In this document: in pieces, positions 56,201-64,000 of the stretch
Layout: every line of letters starts with the position of its first letter
Position numbering within the stretch: the stretch's first letter is position 1
Source of the DNA: an uncultured Verrucomicrobiae bacterium
GTDB taxonomy: Bacteria > Chlamydiota > Chlamydiia > Chlamydiales > Rhabdochlamydiaceae
Direction of reading: 5' to 3'
Assembly (NCBI GenBank): GCA_963818965.1
Contig: CAWFUG010000011.1
Span: 1-64,000 of the forward strand
DNA: 64,000 nucleotides
Notes under the pieces: model-generated
The model's database searches: none
What the model saw: only the letters and a program-made list of their open reading frames with translations
Told to the model about the DNA's origin: nothing
Position numbers and translations under genes: made by a program

Positions 56201-59200
56201 TCTCTCCACGCCTTTATCCTCGAACAAAAAGTACACGCTTACCAAATTCTCGAAGCTTCTAATCCCACAGAAAAAAAACTCCCCAGAGTAAGAGCAGAAA
56301 TCGAAACTCTCTTAAACCACGAGCTCAGCAGCGAACCTGAGATCGGTGTGCGCCTAATGTTCGCCTACATCGGTACTTTTACTCCTGCGCTCCCTTCCGA
56401 CCACTGGAGTCCTGAAGAGATCCCCCTCATTCTCAATCGCTTTCACGAAGCGCTACGCCTTCTTTCGATGTCAGAAGCGCCAAAGAACCTAGGCACCACT
56501 TCCTATCTGCGCGCAGCGGGCCTGATCCTCGAACAGCAGGAGACAATTGAGAGATTCATCGCTTCGAGTCAGAGCAGGGCTTGGGTAGAATCGCTGGTCC
56601 CAGGCCAAAGCGTCACTGAGTGGAGCATCACATCTTTTCCTATCCTAAGTGTCCAAACGCCTCAAACGTCACAGGAGCCACAATCCATCGATCTTTTGAC
56701 GGGTAAAAACCTCACCTCTAAAACCGATAACACAGGACTCATTCCCGCTGATGTCGCTCGTGACAAAAGCTATAGGGCTATTTTTCAAAATAAGAGGGTT
56801 CCCGCAACCCATTTAGGAGATCACTATCTCGTCAAACACTCTACGGGAACTTACAAAGTTTGGCCCCACATGGGGATCGAAAAGGAGATCGAAGGAAAAC
56901 GACACTTACTTCTGCCTCCCAAAAAATTGGGAATCGAATTTTTCCCCCATGTGGATGAATGGCAACTTTGGTTAGATATCGAAACAGAGCCTCCCAAGGT
57001 CCTCATCCTCGATCAAAAGACACAAAAAACCCTGGGATCGATCGATGAAAAGGGGTTTGTTAATCTCGATGGTCCTCCTACTACTACCAACCACTACAGC
57101 AACACCGCTCCTTGGGAACACCCCCTCATAGAAAAAGCCAGTCATTTTTTATGGACGAGAAAGATTAACAGTGAACTAGAGGTAACAGATAAAATTCAAT
57201 TCGGTCTAATCGATGCAGAAGGCTCTGAGCTAGAGTTTACCAAAATCGATAATAAATGGTGTCTAGCAAAAGATCCCAGCTATTTCATCGCTGAAGATCA
57301 AACGCTCATCGGCCTACCCCTCCACCAAAACTACCTCATTTTACAAAATTCCCAAGGCCGTAAAGTGGCCATCCTCCCAGAACTACCTGCAAAACGGCTT
57401 CTTCAATCGAAAAAAGAGGCAGAAGAACAGTACGGATCACAAGCTCTCGCGGCGCCCCACTTCCTGATGCTCGATCTGACCCAAGAGAATCGCATCGCGG
57501 ATCAAAGCACGACCTATCAGAGCTGTTTTGCTGCCTACCAGCTGATGATGGCAGCCAAAAAACCTCAGGATTACGCCGCAGTACTCGAGCGGCTCAAAGG
57601 AGCTCATGAATTTCGCCCCTATACAGAAAAAGAACTACAGGTGTTGGGATGGATCATCTTTTCTAATGAGGAAAAAGTCAATGACGACCCAGAAGCTGCA
57701 GCTTTAAGACTCTACGCAGCTTTTTTAATTCACGATAATCTGCTCCATTATCCTCCTCCGCCCAGAAAAGAGCCTTCGCCCGAAGAAGAAGAAGAAACGA
57801 GTGAACGGGGGTCTCTATCGATCTTAGCCATAGATGCTGATGAAAAAACATGGGCTCAGTATCTAAGAGATCCCACCTCTCTCGATTTGCACGGAAAAAA
57901 GCTGGGGAGCATTTATTTAAGTTATTTGAGAAAGAGAAATAACATCCCCACAGATCTAAAGATCGAAAGGAACATCGCTGCCCACGATCTCGAACAATGG
58001 GGCTTTTCCCCATCCCTTAGAACCTTAAAGCTAGGGAGCAAGCTCCCCCCTTCAGACAAATTCCCATTGGACGAGCGTTCCCACGTGGAGCAATACTCCA
58101 CTTTTCCCTTTTATTACTCGCCCTCCCAGAACCCTCCCCCTTTTGTCACGCGACTAGACGAACGCTTTCGATCGCAAAAAAACTCTTACTTCGCCCACTT
58201 CTACCAACTCGCCCAGTCCCCCCAGATAGAGGACCGAAAAAAAGTCGTCCAATTTTTACAAAAAGCGCGATTTGAAAAAAAATCTGAGAACCGATTTTTG
58301 TGTGCCATCCTCGTCGCGGCCCTAGAAGCACAGGACGCAACCTCTCCACAACAAGAAGAAGCCAAGAAACTCTTAGAAGCATTCGAGCAATACTCTTTGA
58401 AGGGATCCACTTCGGAAGAAGGCCCCCGTGGAGCATCACAGAATTACCACTTCGCTGGACAGCATCAATTTTTGCACGATCCATCCTACACTCTAAATGC
58501 AGCCTACCGAATCTTTTACAACAAATATACAGCCCAAACAGAAGCGTTTGAAAAACACCCTTCCCAACGCATCCTGCTCCCGCCCCCTCAATCACTCCCG
58601 ACTCCCCTACCCACAGCCCCCCGTCAGAGAGATTTTTACCACCCCGCCAATCGCACTCTATTTGCCCCTTTTCAAGCATTGGGAGAAAAGTATTTCACGG
58701 AAAAACCGGTAAGCGATGCGACACCGCCTCAGTCGTTTCCCGAGCTGACCCCTGAGGTTCAAGCACTCAATGAAGAGTACGCGATCGGGTACCAAAAAAA
58801 CCTCCGCGAAAAAACAGCGGCATTAAAAGATACCCCTCAAGCAGTGCGTGCGGGGCTCTTAAAAGAAAAAGAGGCCATTGAACGGGGGCACAACGCCGAT
58901 GAAAAAAAACTCGAGCGCCTGGGTCAAGAGATCCTCTCTTTGGGCAATAAAGAGCTTAAAACATCTGTCCGTGGGCGCGCCAAAACAGGGGGTGCTAAGA
59001 AAAATACCCTCTCTTTAGACGATTTCATTTTGCTCGCCTCCAAAGGCGACTCTAAAGCCATAAAGAAGGCGACAGGCCTAAAAAGTCCCGCGGAACAGCA
59101 GCTGCTGGTGACGACAATTGGAAAGTACTTAGAAGTGGAGATGCGTCTAAGACATAGCAAAGAAATCCTCAAAGGGCTCGATGCGTTGGCTGAAGCAGAT

Positions 59201-62200
59201 GAAGGGGATTGTCTTTCAGAATTGAACCACCTGCAAGGGCTTTTACAAACGGGTTCTGCCTTTGTCAACAGAGACTCCCTCGCCCAATTGACCTTCCAAC
59301 ACTTTATCGATTTGAACTTTCGCGAAGACCAGGTCGAAGATCTCGATAAAATCATTGCAGAAGGGAGCGATATCTTCGCGCAGCGGGCGACAGGAGCTGG
59401 TAAGACGCTCGTGTTATCCAATATGCTCGCCTATTACAAAGCCGATGGCTACCACCTCTCCATCCACGTCTCGCCGACCTATCAATTCGCCTCTCAGATC
59501 TACGAGATGAGCGGTCGAACGCAAAAAGCCTTAGGCCAAAAAGCGCATGCCCTGGTCTTCCGTGATTCTCCCGAATACTTTAATGTCGCGAGCTTACAGC
59601 GTCTGAATAACGAGCTCAATCAGGTGATCGCAGAGGGAGAGTACTTCAATACGACCCAGACGACGCTGCGGACATTGCGCACCGCATACGTCTCCTCTGC
59701 ACTCGAGTATTATACGAACACTTCATTGACAGAGGAGGCTCGACAAGAGCTCTTCTCTAAAATGAGACTGATCTGCGATATCAATGCCAAGATCCGCTCG
59801 CGCGGCATTTTGACCTTTGACGAAGTGCACGATGCGCAAAATCCCAAAGTGATCCTCAATAAGGGAGTCGGCGAAATTTCCTACATCGACAGCATCCACA
59901 CAGAACTCATCGCCACTCTCCTTACACTCGGTTTTGAAAGAAGAGAGGGGCAAGGAAAAGCTCTGCTTTCCTTCACAGAAACCCATCAAATCCAAACCAC
60001 TAAAGAAGAGAAAGAACAACTGACACAAACGATGGTGGACCATATTACCACCGATCCCGATTGGCTAAAAAAGTTCGACTGTGAAGATTTATCTCGTGAA
60101 GAGAAAGGAGCTCTTAGGGAATTTCTCTCAAAAGAAGAGGCTCCTATGCCTGCATTTCTGCAGAAGAGGATCGCCTCCTTCGAGCGCAAGGGGGGAATCA
60201 TGACCTCGTTAGATCATCTCCTTCTCTGTAGGCAGTTGATCGCAGGTCATTGGATTTTTGAGTCTCTTTCCCAATCGGTCTATGAAAACTACCAGTTGAT
60301 TTACGAGGAAGGGAAATTGCCCATCGCAGTTCCTTGCGTTTCCCACTTAAAAGCTTCGAAAAATTCAGAATTTAGTGATCCGTACCGAATGTGTGTCAAT
60401 ACCCTCATTGCCTACCGGGCAGAAGGGATCACCCTAGAGCAAACGAAAGAATTAGTCGCAGACTTACGCATCCAAGCGCTCAAAGAATTTGAACAAAAAT
60501 CAGAAGAAAATCCCGATTTTAGACTCGAAGATACAGAGAGCTTTTCCCAGTTTGCGCTCTTGATGAAAAGAGTCCGTGGACCGGGTAATCTCGCAGAGAT
60601 CAACCTCAACGACCGCGCCACTCTGGAAAAAATTCAGCGCGCCCTTAAGGGAAATTCGCACGCGGCGGTTTCAGTGCTTTCAGGATACATTACAGCGCGC
60701 GTTCTAAACAAAAAGAAGCTGCTCGGCGAACAGACCTCTTGTAACGGGATGAATACCTCTACCATGGGAAAAAACAGCAACGGGTTCTCGGCCACCATCG
60801 ACAACAAACATATCGCTCCCGTCATGGATTACACAGGTCGGATGACCGCGATCGCCCTGGAACCGGGCGTTTACGGACAGCGCATCGACACCTTAATCGA
60901 AAAACACCCCGATGTCTACATCATGGGAAATAGCCCCGACGACCTATTTGAAGACGTCTATCACAAATTGCCAGAAGAGAAGCGGGAACGGGTGAGGGCT
61001 GTTATCGACGTGGGCTGTCACTTCCGCGGCGTGCCCAACAGGGAAGTCGCAGAGTCGATGTGCCGAGCGTTCAAAGGTTCTCCTGTGGAAGGTGTCATCT
61101 TTTACGACACAGAGACAGACCGTGCCTACTACATGCAAAAATCCAACCCCAGCCACATCCAACTCATTAACTCCCTGGAAACAAAATCAGTGGATGGAGT
61201 CGAAATCTTCGCAGATATCGGCGTCCCTGTCGATAACGTCGCCGTCTACTTTAGCCACGATAAAATCACCGGAACCAATATCCCCCTGATGAAAAATGCG
61301 GTCGCCCTTTCCACATTTACAAATGAGACCAAATTCTTCAGTCAAATGCAAGGCGATGGCCGCATGCGCAAACTAACCGAAGAGCAAGAGATCATTACCG
61401 CTGTCTCTCAAGATTCTCTCATGGAAATCAGCCAGTTACTTGACAATCCCGACATTGAAGATCTTCCCGTCGCAAAAGTAGACAACCGCACATTCATTCA
61501 AGCTCTCATTCTCTTCGCGTATTGCCTCCAAATCAAAGGGCGTAAAGAGGAGACCTTCCTCCTCGGCATGCAAAATCTACAGAACTGCGTCCAGCAATAC
61601 CTGCTCGATAAAATCTACGAAAATCCCTATCTAGAAGCCACTGTATTCACCCACTGTGCCGATCTCTTCAAAGAAAATATCGCCATCGACTTCGTCCGCG
61701 ATTACGGCTTCCCCAAAACCACCGCCAAAATGAGAGATCATCTCGATCTCACTGTGAAAAAGCTCCTCTCAAACTTAGCTTCTCTTCCCCTCCCCCCAGA
61801 AGAGGTCGCGCAACTCCGCGCGACATTGGAGACCATGAAAGAGGCTCTCCTCCCCGATCTCGAAAAAGAGATCGAAGTCAATGAAGGGGAACTAGATCCT
61901 AAAAAACCAGCAGAGATGCCTCATTCCCGAGACGGGACCATGGAGCAGATCCAAGAGAAAAAATCGATTCAACACAAAAATAACTTGGCCATCCAAGAAT
62001 GGGTCCAAGAGAGCTCTTCCGAGTATAAAGAGCCCACAGAAAGGCTCTCCGTAACCTGGCAACAACTCTACGCTCCCGACTTTGGCCAACCTACAACGCT
62101 CATTGAAGAAGAAAAGCCTATTACTCCCTTACTTATAGACGAGGCAGAAGTTGAATACGCTAAGGAGGCATTCTTTTCCTTTCTCGGAAGGCTTCGAGGG

Positions 62201-63211
62201 AAAAGAGAAAACATTCTGAAGGAGCTTGAAAAAGAGATCGGCTTAAGTGAGGAGACTCCGGCCACAGCCTCGATGCTACAAAAAGCGATGGAGATCGTTT
62301 TAAAATACTGCACCCCTGAACAAGCAGTTTCGCTAGATGCATGGATGGCACCCTACTCTCCACGTCCCTCCGAAGAAGAGGATAAAGAAGGGGTAACTAC
62401 GCTCTTTTCATTTCTCAATAAGTATCCAGAGATAGGAAAAGAGGCTAAACCCCAACTTAATGACGAATTTGAATTGGGGCCAGACAATTTCTTCTCCCCT
62501 GGGATGCTGCCAAGAGCCCTAGAGATCATTCTACCCTATTGTAACTCTGAAGAAGCAGCTGAGCTCCAAGCGCTCATGGCGCCCCACCTTTCTACAAAAG
62601 AGAGTCAAGAAGTACCCCCTTTCTCTATCCAGCCTCTCAATGCCGCATTGGGACAACGGTTCCCTAAGCTATGGAGCTCTGATCTCTTTTCCGATGACCT
62701 ACTCGCCTCCCAGAATTTCCTCTCAACAGCAGATCAAGAGATGAACTTATTCGATGATTTGGAAAAACCGCTATTCCAGGTCCTTCTCATCCAAGATAAG
62801 CCAGGCGATCAAAATAAACTCCTCTTACTCTCCGCAGAAGACGCAAAACAGGTCGCGACCATTTTCCAGGAGGAAAAGGAGACACTACCAACTGGCAGGC
62901 AAATGTGGCTCCTGCGACCCCAAGGGAATTTAGCGTGGCCTGGCCCCTCCCCCTATAATAAACAAGACCTCTTGAACCAGCCCGAGGTCGCTCGTTTGCT
63001 CCTCCAGGCGAATTTTTTCTCAGGGAACCTCGCCTTCCTCGAGACCCCCTTTGGTCAAAAGGAATTAGCCGCCTGGCTTAAAGAAGTCAAAGACCCCCAG
63101 CTCGCCCAATCGATCTTCGAAAATGCAATCCTAAAAGCACACCCTCAAGAAGGGTATCCCTTTTCTAAAACCCAGCAAATGCTCAGAACGTTCTCTGAAG
63201 AGGTTAAATGA
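53249..63211 (+). CDS. Giant 3320-aa protein: putative cysteine-protease domain plus SF2 helicase-like (DUF3638-like) ATPase
   Basis: Uninterrupted ORF; GHAM...NTG...QQSGTC near the N-terminus; TGAGKT, FDEVH, FSAT and QGDGRMR in the C-half. Confidence 0.8.
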   Translation: MHPPMRSSQEIQAQLHSIEAHCEQVQQKYEKSVRDPSEEGRTQALLRNKLSSDLDGLREMRDLFLKGRVKCSKEDAEETIALFNRVATFVNKALPQTGVEALPEAEVLDLQFSPSFQQLSEVEKEFISGLTPKNLGHLIGDSFILGMTDRWGGRLEGNTMTGALKFLLNAIEYLPTKYPEKFAGKEAELAQAKQLFSQLLESSDRLERIEQETDPDKQERQFSEFVSQTRDQLSHLKEGETLLLPWGWSDPSKIGHAMLLSCTRRNGELWIEATNTGSGTEFHEVPQEAGFRINTVCHYRIPAEKEEDFYDGTLSALFEPRILGGLTEHDSVMDMNERYSAEELYLMLEPYRSQPWGKYPQTESLRGEQQSGTCSLRCYFDCFGRMTSSDFRKEFKFLWEQEVVSQLLQYGDHFVASDPVYVLYLNRMNPNLFRHLDKLRKQGLPETESLPLLEKFERQQKEIEALTFPSEEQGVTLSTRFEPRWPGTYMRELWESGRKRLVEGERPSESQSQEMPEGVPPLLQAEQLATLPPEQLLEILDASALFFSEEDPLLDEIKSSGTQWKFLECTIPRDFFLGEQCRQIARLFTDPALENQRRVFLEQLKDSPELVDAFLERFSKLSGMMTQPILQMDLRYPLALEGLRLAIYDLAVLRDDQQGLQGTQRIDHYALHFEMDLKKVSLSAYTFNTPQAEREYRHLQAAYAQRFPDPKQPRLCHFTEWETSTNKGRGGSSLSIPYSNRVPDFQYAARWITSLKEEDQDKAHQDYLKAIKKGYGSSAKEEEWRVCWMVAHGKLPLSYRALLTASLGATRVAPTSDKELSSFPNALSVTVDLSTVFLEIVSTDKENPNYLSLMQSAELTPTENALIHFPGMGSDKNSIPLHPQKQNEGTLKHDPKLREIIAILSVEHPLQLTMALDFYRQSPELLLQTEHRILFESLFFAPTKLSEALKKNPAQAQEITRFFEELSTLLTLKKIALTDPQEILSLHAFILEQKVHAYQILEASNPTEKKLPRVRAEIETLLNHELSSEPEIGVRLMFAYIGTFTPALPSDHWSPEEIPLILNRFHEALRLLSMSEAPKNLGTTSYLRAAGLILEQQETIERFIASSQSRAWVESLVPGQSVTEWSITSFPILSVQTPQTSQEPQSIDLLTGKNLTSKTDNTGLIPADVARDKSYRAIFQNKRVPATHLGDHYLVKHSTGTYKVWPHMGIEKEIEGKRHLLLPPKKLGIEFFPHVDEWQLWLDIETEPPKVLILDQKTQKTLGSIDEKGFVNLDGPPTTTNHYSNTAPWEHPLIEKASHFLWTRKINSELEVTDKIQFGLIDAEGSELEFTKIDNKWCLAKDPSYFIAEDQTLIGLPLHQNYLILQNSQGRKVAILPELPAKRLLQSKKEAEEQYGSQALAAPHFLMLDLTQENRIADQSTTYQSCFAAYQLMMAAKKPQDYAAVLERLKGAHEFRPYTEKELQVLGWIIFSNEEKVNDDPEAAALRLYAAFLIHDNLLHYPPPPRKEPSPEEEEETSERGSLSILAIDADEKTWAQYLRDPTSLDLHGKKLGSIYLSYLRKRNNIPTDLKIERNIAAHDLEQWGFSPSLRTLKLGSKLPPSDKFPLDERSHVEQYSTFPFYYSPSQNPPPFVTRLDERFRSQKNSYFAHFYQLAQSPQIEDRKKVVQFLQKARFEKKSENRFLCAILVAALEAQDATSPQQEEAKKLLEAFEQYSLKGSTSEEGPRGASQNYHFAGQHQFLHDPSYTLNAAYRIFYNKYTAQTEAFEKHPSQRILLPPPQSLPTPLPTAPRQRDFYHPANRTLFAPFQALGEKYFTEKPVSDATPPQSFPELTPEVQALNEEYAIGYQKNLREKTAALKDTPQAVRAGLLKEKEAIERGHNADEKKLERLGQEILSLGNKELKTSVRGRAKTGGAKKNTLSLDDFILLASKGDSKAIKKATGLKSPAEQQLLVTTIGKYLEVEMRLRHSKEILKGLDALAEADEGDCLSELNHLQGLLQTGSAFVNRDSLAQLTFQHFIDLNFREDQVEDLDKIIAEGSDIFAQRATGAGKTLVLSNMLAYYKADGYHLSIHVSPTYQFASQIYEMSGRTQKALGQKAHALVFRDSPEYFNVASLQRLNNELNQVIAEGEYFNTTQTTLRTLRTAYVSSALEYYTNTSLTEEARQELFSKMRLICDINAKIRSRGILTFDEVHDAQNPKVILNKGVGEISYIDSIHTELIATLLTLGFERREGQGKALLSFTETHQIQTTKEEKEQLTQTMVDHITTDPDWLKKFDCEDLSREEKGALREFLSKEEAPMPAFLQKRIASFERKGGIMTSLDHLLLCRQLIAGHWIFESLSQSVYENYQLIYEEGKLPIAVPCVSHLKASKNSEFSDPYRMCVNTLIAYRAEGITLEQTKELVADLRIQALKEFEQKSEENPDFRLEDTESFSQFALLMKRVRGPGNLAEINLNDRATLEKIQRALKGNSHAAVSVLSGYITARVLNKKKLLGEQTSCNGMNTSTMGKNSNGFSATIDNKHIAPVMDYTGRMTAIALEPGVYGQRIDTLIEKHPDVYIMGNSPDDLFEDVYHKLPEEKRERVRAVIDVGCHFRGVPNREVAESMCRAFKGSPVEGVIFYDTETDRAYYMQKSNPSHIQLINSLETKSVDGVEIFADIGVPVDNVAVYFSHDKITGTNIPLMKNAVALSTFTNETKFFSQMQGDGRMRKLTEEQEIITAVSQDSLMEISQLLDNPDIEDLPVAKVDNRTFIQALILFAYCLQIKGRKEETFLLGMQNLQNCVQQYLLDKIYENPYLEATVFTHCADLFKENIAIDFVRDYGFPKTTAKMRDHLDLTVKKLLSNLASLPLPPEEVAQLRATLETMKEALLPDLEKEIEVNEGELDPKKPAEMPHSRDGTMEQIQEKKSIQHKNNLAIQEWVQESSSEYKEPTERLSVTWQQLYAPDFGQPTTLIEEEKPITPLLIDEAEVEYAKEAFFSFLGRLRGKRENILKELEKEIGLSEETPATASMLQKAMEIVLKYCTPEQAVSLDAWMAPYSPRPSEEEDKEGVTTLFSFLNKYPEIGKEAKPQLNDEFELGPDNFFSPGMLPRALEIILPYCNSEEAAELQALMAPHLSTKESQEVPPFSIQPLNAALGQRFPKLWSSDLFSDDLLASQNFLSTADQEMNLFDDLEKPLFQVLLIQDKPGDQNKLLLLSAEDAKQVATIFQEEKETLPTGRQMWLLRPQGNLAWPGPSPYNKQDLLNQPEVARLLLQANFFSGNLAFLETPFGQKELAAWLKEVKDPQLAQSIFENAILKAHPQEGYPFSKTQQMLRTFSEEVK

Positions 63212-64000
63212 TCCGCTTTCTCCTCCTTCTCCTCCTCTGCACGAGCGCTGCGCCACTCTTAACCCAAGGCACGCGAAAACCCCCAGAGAAAGTCGCATTC
63301 ACTCAAGAAGAGATCGCCACCTCACACAAGATCGCGCACGTCATCGTCATCATGCAAGAGAACTGGTCCTTCGACTCCCTCTATGGAAAGTTCCCCGGAG
63401 CTGAAGGGATTGCTCAAGCAAGCCCTGAGAGCATGCGACAGCTCGATCGCAACGGGACGCCCTTTTCCTTTCTCCCTCCCTGCTCTTACGGCAAAGGGAA
63501 AAAAACCTGTCCTGACATCCCCGCTCGTCTGCCCAATGCCCCCTTCGACTTAGAGCCCTACATATCCCTGACAAAAAACACCGTCGACCCCGTGCACCGG
63601 TTTTACAACGAGCTGTGTCAAATCAACGGCGGTAAGATGAATGGATTTGCCGCCTGGGGAAATACGGGAGGCTTTGTGATGAGCTATTACGACATTTCAA
63701 AGACGCGAATGGGACAACTCGCCAAGCAATACACGCTCTGCGATCACTTTTTCCACTCCTGTTATGGCTCGTCGATGTGCGGAGCCCTGATGCTCTTTAG
63801 CGCACAAATCCCTAAATGGCCTAATCCCCCTCAAAAGCTCATCATCGACACCACAGAAGAAGGGATCATGAGCTTCAAAGGCAAAGTGACAAAAGAGGGA
63901 TACGCCGTCGAAGATTTCCAACCCTACTACCCACCCTATCGTAAAAACACTCCCCCGAATGAACGGCTCCCCCCGCAAACCTTCCTTACGATCGGCGATT
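63208..64000 (+). CDS. Secreted phosphoesterase (phospholipase C / acid phosphatase AcpA family), runs off the window end
   Basis: Absent from the ORF track. Hand translation from the ATG at 63208: MIRFLLLLLLC...IAHVIVIMQENWSFDSLYGKFPGAEG...HRFYN...NGGKMNGF...MSYYD...YTLCDHFF. Confidence 0.88.
   Translation, partial: MIRFLLLLLLCTSAAPLLTQGTRKPPEKVAFTQEEIATSHKIAHVIVIMQENWSFDSLYGKFPGAEGIAQASPESMRQLDRNGTPFSFLPPCSYGKGKKTCPDIPARLPNAPFDLEPYISLTKNTVDPVHRFYNELCQINGGKMNGFAAWGNTGGFVMSYYDISKTRMGQLAKQYTLCDHFFHSCYGSSMCGALMLFSAQIPKWPNPPQKLIIDTTEEGIMSFKGKVTKEGYAVEDFQPYYPPYRKNTPPNERLPPQTFLTIGD

Noticed and set aside
53533..62363. Antisense and nested ORFs within the giant gene (and similar ones inside ligA, glgB, ispG, miaB)
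   Set aside because: Shadow ORFs with no motifs, lying over well-supported genes.

Overview
Bacterial DNA, most likely from an environmental chlamydia (long-form IspG, glgB-ligA, rplM-rpsI, miaB, mtaB, many eukaryote-directed effector-like genes). Bases 1-13478 are a damaged reverse-complement copy of about 13489-27210. The fold apex at about 13483 lies inside a TetR gene, so this is most likely a long-read fold-back artefact and the left arm holds no independent genes. The rest is gene-dense. The best biological leads are: (i) two adjacent genes sharing an N-terminal hydrophobic module but carrying different C-terminal heads (phospholipase D versus an ADP-ribosyltransferase-like domain); (ii) a tandem paralog pair with mitochondrial-presequence-like N-termini; (iii) a 3320-aa protein combining a CE-clan-like cysteine protease motif set with an SF2 helicase-like ATPase, translationally coupled to a secreted phosphoesterase; (iv) a decayed IpaH/SspH-like LRR gene; (v) a TrmH-MarR fusion; and (vi) at least four types of 75-165 bp palindromic intergenic elements, one showing compensatory base changes between copies. 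All family assignments come from motif recognition by eye; no searches were run.
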